A stretch of 64,000 nucleotides of DNA, taken from assembly GCA_000934665.2 (NCBI GenBank), contig KZ537964.1, forward strand, positions 62,001 to 126,000, given 5' to 3'. Within the stretch, counting starts at the first letter, position 1. Every line of letters starts with the position of its first letter. The notes under the pieces are model-generated. The model had not been told where the DNA came from. It saw only the letters and a list, made by a program, of their open reading frames with translations, and did no database searches. Below are positions 50,462 to 63,393 of this stretch, piece by piece. The DNA is from Catajapyx aquilonaris (Eukaryota). Both the position numbers and the translations under genes were made by a program.

Positions 50462-52605
50462 ATGTGGACCTGCCACAAGTGCGGGAAGCCCGTCTACTTT
50501 GGTAAGACTCGATGGAAAACAATAGGAGTTAACTCTAGTTGCACTTTTTGGTGGTTGGAAATGACTGGACCTGTTGATCCTGCATCGTTTTAGAACTATT
50601 GTTGCTAGTAATAAACTGAGGGTAGTTTGCAATAAGCCATTGGGTAGAATTGCTGGCAAGGCAATGAAGGTGTGTCGTACTTGGTTTATTCCCGAGAGCT
50701 TAATCACCTATGAAGGCCTTCGTACACTTCGTACACTGGTTGAAGTCCGGACAAGGTTCATGAAGCCCAGTCAAAGTCTGTGAACAAAGTTCGTGAAGTG
50801 GGATCAAAGTACGTCAAGTCCAGCGTACACTATAGTATCGGTTTTTCCCTACAAACCTTGTAACCTTGAACCATTAATTGTAAGTAAATAATGCTTTTTT
50901 TTTCTCTCTTCATATAGCGGAGAGGAAGCAGTCACTAGGATTCGATTGGCATCCAAACTGCCTGAGGTGTGAAGAGTGCGGGAAGAGGCTCAATCCAGGA
51001 CAACACGCTGAGGTATTATTTGCTCGTGTTGCTACCGAAATTGTCCAAAGATGTAGAGGAATGTTCTCTTATTTCATTCTGATCACAATTCTACTTTCTT
51101 GGGAGTAAAATCATTGAATGATTCCAATAGTCTGTGGTGGGAAATCGTATGAACCTGGTCCTGCTTTCCATTCGCAGCACAAAGGTGTACCCTACTGCCA
51201 CATTCCCTGCTACGGAGCCCTGTTTGGACCACAGCTGTTTGGGCATGGAACGAGGGTTGAATCCCACACCAGTTTTGGGAAGGTGGAGAACAAGCCACCT
51301 TCGGTCAACCGTGTTCCTCGCACCCACCTCGAATCCAAACTCAAAGCCTACAACCAGTACTACGACGGGAGGAGTGGGGAGCTCAAGTGCAGGGAGGTAC
51401 GTTGCATTGAATGATAGCGTTTTAGTGTGGTCGCTGATTTTGAACGTTGCTAGGTGAACAAGCGTCTGGTGCTGGAAGGAGTGTTACACATTTACTGGGG
51501 AGTCAACAATCTCATTCAGCTGAAGGAAGAGGATGACCAGCGCATGGTGGTGGTCATACGCAAGCGCAACTCTTATCGGAGGGCCATTTCGAATGGGCTG
51601 GAGGATGATTCGGACTCGGATGCAGAGGGAGGGGGAACTGATGCGGACAAGGGCGGAGGAGGAGGTGGGGAGGCAGAAGGGCAGCCCCCAAGGAGCATGG
51701 ATTGGGATGAGCTTGGGCGTCTCCTGCACGTAGAGGATGGTCAGGATGGAGAGGTGGATGATGAGGATGAGGCCAAGCGATCCAAAAATGACTTCTGGGT
51801 TAAGGAGCCAATCGAATCAGACGAGGACACAGAATCAGCAGGTGCAACGACAAGGTAAACAAAAAGTTTGCAGTGCGGTACAAGTAGGATATAAATCTGA
51901 ATCTTTCTAGCCCCCCGCAGCAACAAACGTCCCCGCCTCCTCACCAACCGTCAACTGCAATCCGGCGGCGCCCTGGCCGCCGCATGTGCCGCTCTAAGCT
52001 GCGTAGACGATGTTCGATCAACGGCCACTTTTACAACAGGGAGACAAGTGTATTCACACCTCCTTACGGAAGCCACATGTCAGTATGGGTCACTTCCTTG
52101 GTTGGTGCCTCAGACGTCATCTCTCTTCTGTTGGACAAGTACAAAGTGGAGAGCAAGGCTTCTGACTTCGCCCTCTTTGTGGTGCGGGAAAATGGAGGTA
52201 CGTTTAGGTGGGAATTACTGCAGTGCCCGCTCATTAAAAGACCTTGCTTCCCACAGAGCGTAGGCGTCTCCGTGATGATGAATATCCCTTGGTCGTTCGA
52301 GTGATGCTCGGCCCTCATGAGGACATTGCTCGCATTTTTCTGATGGATTCTACCTCCACTCGTGAGATCAGCAGCCAGGTGGCTCAGTACATCAACTTGA
52401 GTGAGACTGAATGCAGGTCCATTCTAGGGAAGTTTCAGGAAGAGGAAGAGCGGGAGGTGCAGAGAGTGAGGCTCAGGTAGGCTGCGTGAACTTGGGGAAA
52501 TGTTTGTTAATGCTATGGTTTAACAAACATGAATTTACTTTCAGGTTTCGTGAGATGAAGAAACGTATCAAGCAGAGAATGGATGAACTGAAGGTTCGGC
52601 TCTAA
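50462..52605 (+). CDS. Rassf: Ras association domain family protein (RASSF2/4/6-like) with N-terminal LIM, RA and C-terminal SARAH domains, 440 aa, 7 exons
   Basis: Exons 50462-50501, 50918-51012, 51178-51396, 51454-51854, 51911-52197, 52257-52476 and 52545-52605 (1323 nt, all GT-AG, phases consistent). [31 protein letters not shown]...[20 protein letters not shown] motifs: [80 protein letters not shown]. Confidence 0.96.
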
Positions 52606-54078
52606 GGGCAGCTTATCATCGTTTAGTACTCATGTAACCTCATTTTGCGTAGGAGTGGTAGAAATCCGAGGCCACTCTGATTCAGTTTTGGAAAATTAGG
52701 GAAGATTTTGTTACTGTGTTGTGCAAATGTACTTGGGAAGGTTTTCTCGTTATGGTTATGCTCAAGGAGAAAATGTCTGCATAGAGCAGAATTGAGTGTG
52801 CTTTGAATAATTGTTGAGTACACACAGTAACGTTGCACGTAAGATTTACTGAAGGAACAAGCTGGATCATGCGAATCTTTCAAGGGAAACTATCACCTAA
52901 ATTCAAGTTCTAAATTAGGTCTTTTGGCCACATTCACGACCACAATTCAAGTGGTAAAAAAGGTTGATTTTTTTCTATATACACAAGTGGAAAAATGATG
53001 ATTTTTTTCTATTTAAAACCGCCATCATCTTCACTGAAATGTATGATCATTTATTTCCACTTACATAAGTGCACCCCAGTGATGTCATATAGTCATGATA
53101 TTGAGTAAAAATATGTGAAGATCATTCTGACCGATGTGAATTTGGATGCAAACATCAGATTGAATCAGACAAGTTTTGCGTTTCGGAAGGACGGATAAAA
53201 GTACGTAATAAATACGTAATAAACTAGAACGTTTCCCATTACGAGCATGGTTTCCCTTGAAAGTGGCCCCACTGCTAGGTTCCTCTGCCTAATATTATTT
53301 CACCCATAGAGTGTGAAATCATTCCAGTTTAACTTTTTGTTTATCGCAGTGCCAAATTTTTTGAAAATGAATTTTTTAAGAAGTTAACAAGGCGCACAAG
53401 TGCTGATGCATTCTGTAGTTCCTAAGTTCTTTTTTTTTCTCATTTTTTCATGCATAGAGGATCAAATCCTCAGGAATAAGAATGTGTGTACTAACTTATT
53501 TATATTGAAAATATAGCTTGACCAATTAGAGGGTCCACGAGACAAAAAAAAAAAGTAGGCATTAGGGACAATCATAGACCAGCTTTAAAAGTTGTGAGCA
53601 TTAGTTGTGAATTTTCATTGTTTTTACGTACTCCGTGCCATACCCTACCTCTTTTCACACTGATTTTCTCTTTACGGAAATAAAGTTTCTTTTGATGATC
53701 TGCTTTAGCAACATTACAGTTGACCCTCGGTGTGTTATATGCATGTAACCTATGCAACTCCGTAACATTTTTTTTGTCTACCTTCCAGGAATTGCGAAAA
53801 TAAGTCCTTGAGTTAGTCACAAAAGCTACTTGAAACACATGCCATCAAACAGATGTGTTGTAAGTGAGGTGTGATTACACACATCAAAGTGCGAGCTATA
53901 CATCAATGAGGTGTTGCGTAATTCCTATTTGCATATCGGCCTTACACCTTCAGAGTGTGCAATTATTATAATATTGTAAATCAGGTGTACACTGCTGGTT
54001 TTACATGGTATAAAATGCACTTTACACTTTGCATCCAACATTTTAATAACAAGGGTAGACGCATGATCAAGTACTGTA

Positions 54079-56193
54079 CTATTGACCGCAAAAGTAATGT
54101 CGCGACTGTTTATGTGCTTTTGTGTTTATGTGTTGGTAATCCTGGGCGCTGCCGGGTTACGGACATGTTTATTTGGCGAAGTTCCGGAATCCACAACACT
54201 CTGCTCACCGGTCACGGCCGCGGTCCCTTGGCCGCACAGTCCCGCAAGTGGCCGCACGGTCTGGGTCGCTGTTTGAGAGCGCCGCTATTTATTCGTGCAA
54301 CTTATTTCTACGAGTATAGTTTGGGCAATTCCATGTGAGATCATATAACTATGTTCACCCGACATTTTTTTAAATAGAAAATCAAAATTTGGCACTCAGG
54401 ATCGTATTTTGTCAAGGTCACAGGAACATATTTTTAAACCAGATAACCGCTATAGGTCACGAGAAATGAGCGAGGTAAAAATGGGAACTTTTCCATTCTG
54501 ATGTTTACAATAACCCGATAATTTCTCTAATAATCCGTATGCGTCCTACATACATGCAACATGGGGCTTAATATTCTACAAGGTAACGCCGAACCCGCAG
54601 ATAACCTCCAACAAATTCTACGATTAAAATTACGTATCATTTTGGCAGGTCATATCCCTTCAGTGGTGCAAGTTTCATATTAGGGTCCGAGATGTAAAAT
54701 ACAGCAAATAAGGAGGCCGGATGCGCCTCTTTCGCCCTTTTCCGCAATATTACGAAGTTGCGCGACCCTTGACGTGACGACCCGCACCCACTCGAACTTA
54801 ACGAAAATGTTTGTGAGTAATCTACTACTCATAACCTTTCAGAGGTATGCATTTCCATTGTTGTGTTCGTAATAGGGTCCGAGATAAAATAAATCAGGTG
54901 GCCTAGAGCGTCTGGGTCATTCTATGACAAGGAGGGCAAGTTGGTGGCTCGGCCATCTCAGAATGTATTGTGGTCCTGACATGTCAGTTTTTCCATCATT
55001 TGATCATCTTGGTCCTGAATTTAGAGATTTTCTGCTGGTGAGGCTCTCAGGGGAACTGAACCTTTCTTAAATAGATAGGTCAAGCATGACATGGCGCTTA
55101 TTTTAACACGTGTAAATTTAAAATTGCCTAGTGTCACATAAGAGGAAAAAAAAATTACCAAATGATGGAAAAACGGACATGTCAGGATTTATTATTTCCA
55201 AGATAGAATAGAGGCTTGTGATGTTTTCCTTCTCCAGGGGTAATGAGTAGATGACCATGATGTACTCACGACATTAATTTCATACTCTTAGCATGCGGTT
55301 AACAATTTCATTGGACCACCTGAAATGTGTCCTTTTTGCACAACGATGGGATTTTTTTAGTATCGCCATTTTACGCTCTATAGGTTAAAACCGTTGCGTT
55401 GCCTCCAAAATGTCCATCTCACGCCCGTTCATATAACTTACGTACTATAATATATGGGGGTTACAACAATACATTCTGAGATGACCGAGCCACCAACTTC
55501 GACGCCTTGTCATAGAATGACCCAGGCGCACCCGGCCACCTTATTTTACATCTCGGACCCTAATACGAGGGCAAATATGAAACTTGCAGCACTGAGGGGA
55601 TATGACCTGCCAAAATGACACGTAATTTTAATCGTAGAATTTGTTGGAGGTCTTCTGCGAGTTCGGCGTTACCTTGTAGAATATTAAGCCCCATGTTGCA
55701 TGTATGTAGGACCTTGGTAGGACGCATAATGATTATTAGAGAAATAATTATCGGGTTATTGTAAACATCAGAATGGAAAAGTTCCCATTTTTTACCTCGC
55801 TCATTTCTCGTGACCTATAGCGGTTATCTGGTTTGAAAAATATGTTCCTGTGACCTTGACAAAATACGATCCTGAATGCCAAATTTTGATTTTCTATTTT
55901 TAAAAAATGTCGGGTGAACATAGTTGTATGATCTCACATGGAATTACCCAAACTATACTCGTAGAAATAAGTTGCACGAATAAATAGCGGCGCTCTCAAA
56001 CAGCGACCCAGACCGTGCGGCCACTTGCGGGACTGTGCGGCCAAGGGACCGCGGCCGTGACCGGTGAGCAGAGTGTTGTGGATTCCGGAACATCGCCAAA
56101 TAAACATGTCCGTAACCTGGCAGCGCCCAGGATTACCAACACATAAACACAAAAGCACATAAACAGTCGCGACATTACTTTTGCGGTCAATAG
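54079..56193. mobile_element. 2.1-kb non-autonomous foldback-type DNA element with ~630-bp terminal inverted repeats and TA TSD
   Basis: TA|CTATTGACCGCAAAAGTAATGTCGCGAC ... GTCGCGACATTACTTTTGCGGTCAATAG|TA. Arms ~54079-54725 and ~55525-56193 differ by scattered substitutions and indels. The mirrored ORFs 53955+/55934- and 54082+/55996- reflect this. No transposase ORF inside. Confidence 0.9.
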
Positions 56194-56485
56194 TACATGC
56201 TATGTACACCTGGATAATTTGCACTAATGAACAGCTGTTGACACCATAGATGTTGTTTAGTCATTCCAGTGTTTTGCAACTCTTTACTTGAACTTGGAAG
56301 GAAAAAGTGGTCAGACGGGTTCTCGTTAAATTGTCTGTATCCTTCCAAACGACAAAAAAAAGGCCCGTAAAAAGAGACAAAGAGCCGGAGAGAAACTTGC
56401 GAATCTTTAACCCATTGGGCTTCACTTCTTATAGCAGCATCTTTTTAATCTGGTCGCATTATTGCATCTCTCTTGAACAAAGAAT

Positions 56486-58459
56486 ATGACAGGGTGTCTC
56501 ATAAGTCCAGCCAAACTAGCTGCAATCGGTGTGTCTCTGATCATCTTTGCAATTTTTGCCAAGCACTGTGCCTTTCCTACGGCACTGCATCTTTTCATAC
56601 AAAACGTGAGTACTTGATTATTCACTAATGACCTAGTCAGGAACTTTTTTTGTATGGTTGTGTGTGATATGACTTGGACATTGTTTCCAGTATTTGTACC
56701 TCTATCCTGGATCTGAAGTGTGGGAAGTATGGAAGGAGCCGCCAGTTCCTCTCAAGACAGACATCTACGTCTTCAATGTCACCAATCCGGAGGAAATTCG
56801 CAATGGAGCCAAGCCCAAACTCCAAGAAGTTGGGAACTATGCTTACTCGTAAGAGCATACTTTTTTCCTCTTTGACAAATTGTATGGCCTTTTTATTTCC
56901 TCTGCAGGCAATGGTTAAAAAAGCACAATGTCACCCTGAATGATGACAACACAGTGACATACTACGAATCACGAACCTTCCATTTCGAGCCAACTTTGTC
57001 TCGAGGAAGCCTGGACGACGTGGTGACCATTTTCAACTATCCTCTTGTGGTATGTACGTTGCAAATGTGAAGAGGAGGTTTCTTAGCTAATGTTTGTCAA
57101 TGTTTACCAGGAAGCAATAAGACAAGTGTCCCTCATGGGCGACTGGAGACTGAGCGCTTTCTTCCTGAACATGGTTCTGAATCAGTTGGATCAGGACCTG
57201 TTTGTGACCAAGAGTGTCCGACAGCTTCTCTTCGATGGATACCACGAGCCTCTTCTCTCCATCGGACAGAAGTTCACCTCCAAGCAGTTCCTGGTGGACG
57301 ACAAGTTCGCCTTCCTCTCCATTGTAATTAATTCTGATTTGTTGCTTTAACACAAGTGTACCAATAAGTGACCATTTGACAGATGAACATGTCGATGGAA
57401 GGACCACTGACTGTCAGGACAGGTCAAGACAACATCTTCACATTGGGACAGGTCACTGCCTTCAAGGGGTCATCCTCTGTCCCCTTGTGGGGGAACCAAT
57501 ACTGCGACATGATCAACGGAACAGATGGACTCATCTTCCATCCATTCATCGCTCGGAATGAACATCTTCCAATTTTTGTCAAGGAAGCTTGCAGGTGATT
57601 AATTACGTAAGGCAGAATTTTAAAGACAGTAATATACAAATGTTTTAAATATTCAATGTAGGTCTGTCCACCTAGAGTTCGTAGAGGACGTGTCCTTTGA
57701 TGGAATACCCATGTATAGATACACCATGCCAGACGAGATCACTGCCAATCCGATGGAGAATCCTGACAACGAGTGCTTCTGCTCGGAATCCTCGATGGAC
57801 CAGTGCCCTCCTTCTGGTCTGGCTGACCTCTTCCCTTGCATGGAAATACACGTCTTCACTTCATTCCCACACTTTTATAGGGGAGACAAACTATTGCTTC
57901 AACTAGTCGATGGTCTGAGTCCAGACCCAGAGAAGCACCAGTCATACTTGGATATACAGCCTGTGAGTTATCTGCTATTTTTATCAGAACAGGTTTTACT
58001 CAATTGCTTTCAGGATCTGGGTTATCCATTCCGAGGCAGGAGACGAGGTCAGGTCAGCTTCGAGCTGAGGCCCTTCCCACACTTGGATCTCTTTCGACAC
58101 ATTCCCAGAGCCTTTGTCCCTCTCTTCTGGCTCAGTGAGGTAAGTTCATTGCAGGTGTGAGTGAACCATACCATCATCCATGATCATTCTTTATGTAGGA
58201 AGTCCAGCTACCTGAGGACTTATTGTTCCAAGTGAAACTTCGTTTCCTGGCCCCCAAAATGATCGTGGAAGCCACCTACTGGATTGGCCTAGTAGTAGGT
58301 GCAGCCATGGTCATCTCTGGACTGGTTGTGTGGAAGGCGTCAAAAGACACTGAAGGTTTTTCAGGATTCCCCAAGAGTGTTGAAGAAACCCTGATGTGCA
58401 ATTGGCATGAGAACATCGCCAATGTGCAAGTTCAGCAGAGAACTCTTCAAGCAGACTGA
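56486..58459 (+). CDS. CD36 / scavenger receptor class B family protein (croquemort/SNMP/LIMP-2-like), 510 aa, 8 exons
   Basis: Exons 56486-56605, 56691-56848, 56908-57049, 57111-57323, 57383-57594, 57662-57962, 58014-58139 and 58199-58459 (1533 nt, GT-AG, phases consistent). N- and C-terminal hydrophobic TM segments. Motifs WKEPPVP...IYVFNVTNPEE..NGAKPKLQEVG, FVTKSVRQLLFDGY, CDMINGTDG..FHP, NPDNECFC, SFPHFY and PLFW. Confidence 0.95.
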
Positions 58460-59099
58460 GGACAGCCTCATGGAACTCATTGGAAAGACAGGGTTAGTTG
58501 CACCATCTCCAGGAAACAATTTCAGGCCGGAAAAGAGCCAGTAAAGTTTGATGACATTCAAACACCATAAACTGTCTGTAGCACTCCCGAAACAATATAC
58601 CGTAATAATTCTCATGCAGGGCAGTTTAAAAATTAACATAAACTTTGGAACATTCCGTACTAGGTGTACTTAATGTAACATGTAATTTCACTTTTCAGGA
58701 AATGGCAGATTGGAACTTTGTGAAAAGACCAGACCTCTCAAGAAGTGAGCTGCAAGTGTAGGCTACACTTGTCACATGCACTTTATATTATGTAAATACA
58801 AATGAAATGTACAATATGGCGCATTTAATAATACTCATCGATTCACATATGATTCTGTGGATTTATTTAGGCCTGTTTTTTTTTACAGGTAAGGGGACCA
58901 AAATTTGTGTGTGTGGACGCTGACCTTTCTTGATGTGATTGTACGATGCTTCGTACAAAAAACGCTCCTTTTAACACATAACATTACTACATTATTATTT
59001 AGTTCAGATCACTTCCAATTGAGAGCTGACCTGAAGCAATGCAACTTGTCCCTCTTCCTGCATGATTGTCTCCAAATTCCAAGCCAACTTTTAGCTTCT

Positions 59100-61563
59100 T
59101 TTGGAGCATCCAACATCAAGTCATCAATGCCAAAGCAGGGAAGGAGCATGGCAAACTTTGTTTCATATTTGCTGACTCCAGCTGTCTGGACCAGTCTAAA
59201 TCAGCTGGAAAATTCGTTTGGAGCGATGGAAGTCATGTGACTTTTACGCAATGGGATGGGGGTCAACCAGGCAACAAAGGTGAACTCGAAAAATTGCATG
59301 GAAATGTACGCGGTATTGCGATAAAATGGTGATGACGACTCAGTATGGAACGACCGGGAACGACCTAACAAGTAACAATGCACCTTTTCGCGTCCCTTTG
59401 TATGCAAATTGAGATCAGGTTGAGTACTTCACTGGTGGATTTATCATCTTATTTCGACATAATATGATTGTGGCAAATCTGCAATTAATTTGAATGATTC
59501 CAGCCCGATGCCCTGAAAGATGGGAAAGTTACAATGGCAAAGTTCATTAATTTATATCAAACCATGGAGCTTTATTACTACCCGATATTATTTGGGTTAA
59601 CTCGTTTTAGAGCATATCTAACAGTAGCTGCTGTGGTGATATGCCTGGTGTGAGTGAGTGACGTCAGATCCTTGAATCCGGAGAGTGGGTGGGTGGGAGG
59701 TTTTCCTTATCATTTGGTGACTGCATGTCAACGGAGGAGGTACTGCTGCCGGGCTGGACAGTGGCACCGCCGAATGCACCGAACCATATCGCCGGACAGG
59801 TACGTTGAAAATATTGTACCATACTCAATCTTTGGCGGGGTAGAGATGTATAGCACACGCCTGAGGCCTGACGTAATTAGTGTGCTTATATGCATGTACC
59901 CATCAATTGGGATGGGAGCCATTTGATTTGCAGTGTTCCTTAATTAAGTAATTAATGAGGCATTTTGCACGTAGGGGCTGCTGCGAGGACACAAGCATTG
60001 TCTTCATGGGCCTGATACAACGACTACCAAATTCAACAGTCAAGTTGGGCCAAAATGCACCTACGAGCCGTCATGCTGGTGGAGTGATTTTGATGGTGAG
60101 TTTGCTTCAGAATTTGCGTACATGTCACAATAAGGTTAATGGTACTAGCTGTACCACATCAGAGATCATACTTGTATATTTCCGACCAATTTCCGACTTC
60201 AATGGAGTAGGAATAACATGCTTATACTTAATTATTAATTATGATACAAGATGGATATCATGCGTCGCAATTTTACCAGGGCTCATCACATGTAGTTTCA
60301 GTGTGGCTGCCATGCATATCAAAAAGCCTCCTGTGATGTTCAATCATGGGTTCAATAAGGTCGATTATATTTTTTTTACCTGTTTCATTAGACTGCTGCG
60401 CTAAGTTTGGCCTAAATATATTTGGCCTAATATAAAANGCCCCCCCCCCCCCCCCCCCAGTAAGAATTTGACAGCGGAGTCCCTGATGACAATTTCTCAC
60501 TTTCAATGTGTTTTTGTACTGCACTGTGTACATCGTTGAAAAATATGGGTAGCCTATAATTTCATCATTTTTTTTCAAATTTCAATTTAACACATAATTA
60601 TATGACAATGGTTTGTTGCTGGTGGCCAGATTTTGTGCCGCATGTTGTTTGCGGACAATAATTTTGATATATTATTGTGTGCGTATATGCAGGATTCACT
60701 ATTGTAATAAAATCATTTGAGATATTGCCACATTGTGCAACCAACATAAATTTCATTAAACATAAGTTTTAGTGAACAACGTGCGGATCGAATGTATCGC
60801 TTTATAGTTTTACATTATTATAACTATGAAAGTTAAAGCAAAAAATTCTGCCAGATTTCTAGTGTCATACTGTGGTCATTATTTTAAAATGTGAAAACTG
60901 GAAATATTCTCACCTTTCAAGGACATATTTATACCACTCCGAGAACAGACATTCAAAAGTTCGGCAGTTTCATTTTTCGCAGAAAAATTTCTCAAACTGC
61001 TGTTGCAAATTTATTACACTAAGCTGCTTATTATTATGCGTGGCTATTCTTAATCGCTATCAGCAGTATTAGCTGCTCTATTAGGCCGAATTATCCAAGC
61101 TCTGAATTTCAAAGCAATTAATGTCCCATTGCGAAATGTCTTACTGCAACAATTGGCATCAACAGTGAATGAGGGGATTATTATTCATTTATGCAGCTTT
61201 GATAAATGATGGGTACATTATCTTAGTATTAGTGGTATTAGTAGCTGTAGACTAACTATGAAAAAGTCATTGCATGGGAATGCATGTATGTAGAGTGCCA
61301 TGAAGAGTCAATGAGCACCCTCCTCAATTATAGCCTACAGTTGAAGTATTACTCTCATGTGACCTATGTTCATTAGTCATTTCACTTTGCAGAATGATGA
61401 TGCATCTGACTGGTCTATGGACATCACCTGCCTGATTCTCCCACGCTGGCTTCATCCCAACCAACTTCTGCAATCAAGAAAATAATGTTAGCTGCTGTGA
61501 TCCATCAGATGCTTCAAAGCTTCGGTTGCCATCTACTCTCCTGGAAGACCAGACATGGACATG
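59100..61563 (+). pseudogene. Decayed multi-domain C-type lectin (mannose-receptor-like) gene
   Basis: Core 59100-59418 gives, across frameshifts, ANFVSYLLTPAVWTSLNQLE / FVWSDGSHVTFTQWDGGQPGNKGELE / NCMEMYAVLR*NGDDDSVWNDRERPNK*QCTFSRPFVCK. A phase-matched GT-AG intron leads to 59504-59541 ARCPERWESYNGK, the start of the next lectin domain (CTLD). Weaker AG...GT-bounded remnants lie at ~59975-60095 (KCTYEPSCWWSDFDG) and 61393-61563 (TLAS..NQENN..QTWT). Outer limits uncertain. Confidence 0.75.
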
Positions 61564-63278
61564 GTAAGCATTACACTTGTACACCTCATCTGTTTGAAGA
61601 GCTGAAGCCATTCATACGTTAGGAAATGAGTTAGGAAGACAACAGATAAATTGAAGGTAGTGCTTGGGAAGTTAGAAGTTTAGAACAGGAGCTCTTCGAA
61701 GAAGATTTAATCAAACTAATTCCAAAATTGGGTGGTTATTATACGCGTATTAACTCCATAACCCGAGATGGGAGTCTGTCATTTTTTTTAAATGGATTAA
61801 TTATTTTTGTATTCATTTACCACTCGTCTCCAGGCCTGTTATTTTGTTTTAACGGTTGATGCTATTTCTTCGGAAATGGGTGAGGTGTGGCGGGGATGAT
61901 GTAAGTTAGTTACTTTTTTGGCTAATTTATGTAGGATTTCTTTTGAGAATGGTGTAGTTCCTAGGGATATTATAGTGCGGAAGTACCCATCTTTCTATTG
62001 TATTAAATGACGTATCGCATTGTTCCTCGTGCCCGTGAACCAAGTCCGGCCAAGTCATCTCACTTAGCTTATAGCCTCGAAGAAAGGCTTGGCGTCCACC
62101 ACGATCTCACGACTTTGTACGGCGGAGTGGACAAGGCTTGGCACCCAGACACCATCTCACAGGTTTTTTTGGGGGAGACGACTTGGCGCTTTTTTTTTTT
62201 ACGAGTGCGTTTTTGAGTGGGATCTCACTACTTTTTGTTAGGTTGAATCAAGGTTGAATGAAAGAATGACACTAAGAAAGTAACGTCAATTGTTGGGTGT
62301 ATATAATAATAATAGCTGCCTCGGAGTATGGCCAATGTCCTTGTCCCGAGAATCTATTGGCGCTGCATTCACCTTGAGTATTGTCCACGACGAGCCTCTT
62401 AAAACGAGTGAATTGGAAACTGCAAAGGTCCGGCCTGAATTTAAGTCTTAATTAGTCTGTTATATTCCGTTAAATGGCTTCATCGTTAGCTTTAACTTGA
62501 GTGGGGTCAAAGTTGGTTAGATGAATTCCATCCAATTTTTTGACTCGAGACAAGGCCACTTACGCTTGACCACATCAGAAAAGTGACGAGCCAAATGCCC
62601 ATAATGTCTCTTATGAATCGTGATGCCGTAAGCTATTGTTCAGGGGTACTGTTTCCTATGGATGAATGCGTTTGCCATGATTTGAAATTTGCTCATGATC
62701 GGTTTTAACCAGTTGAAAATTCAATTCTTACGGATTTAACTTTTTGGCTAATCGGGGTGGTATGTAACACTGACTGTGAGTACAGACCCAACTGCACCGT
62801 TAACCAAGCCAACTGGAACAGAGAGTGAGAGAAAGACACGTCTAGCCTCTAGAATTCTCTTTGCAACAATGTCAATACATTGGTACTATGGAGACCATAC
62901 ATCATGTATTGGCATTGTTGTATTTTTTTATTTTTTTCGTGTTTGAATGGCTGCAGTCTGGACCCAAGATGGGCGACTTTGGACTTTTCCTGGGGGTTTC
63001 AGAGGAGGGCCAATTTTTGTACAAAATTTGGGATCTGTACGATAACTGGAACTGGCCAATCATTTTGATTATCGCCATCCCCATATTATATGAATCAGAC
63101 AAAAAAAGGCCAATTTGGGCCCTCTCCTGGCGTGGACCTAGTGGTCCACATTTCACGACAATTTATTTGTAGGGTCCCTGGGTGTGCCCCATTGTCGTAT
63201 TAAAATTTCAGCCTTGCAGCATTTCCCTGTGCCGAACTAGAAAATGCCGAAATGTAGAGAGCGAGTGAGCTCGAGTAA

Positions 63279-63392
63279 AGGATGCACGGCAGCGCGAGAC
63301 GTAAGAAGAGTAAAGGAGAGAAGGGGCGAATGGTCTGGGTCAGTGGCGGTGGAAGTGGCTTAGACTTGGCGGGATGCACTGCCGTGCATCTT
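63279..63392. mobile_element. Small MITE-like inverted-repeat element
   Basis: GATGCACGGCAG(C/T)GC at ~63281 pairs with GCACTGCCGTGCATC at ~63376-63390. Confidence 0.5.
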
Positions 63393-63393
63393 G

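Noticed and set aside
51911..51921. Alternative acceptor CCGCAG at 51920 for Rassf exon 5
   Set aside because: It would shift the frame. Only the AG at 51909-51910 keeps the RA domain in frame.
53955..56224. Two near-identical ORF pairs on opposite strands (127/96 aa and 64/64 aa) suggesting a duplicated gene
   Set aside because: They are simply the two arms of the inverted repeat, with non-ATG starts, no splice structure and no domain similarity.
61650..62400. Peptide fragments IEGSAWEV... and RIYWRC...CPRR faintly recalling Polinton-type or FLYWCH/MULE proteins
   Set aside because: Too short, interrupted by stops and without supporting motifs. A translated HMM search would be needed.
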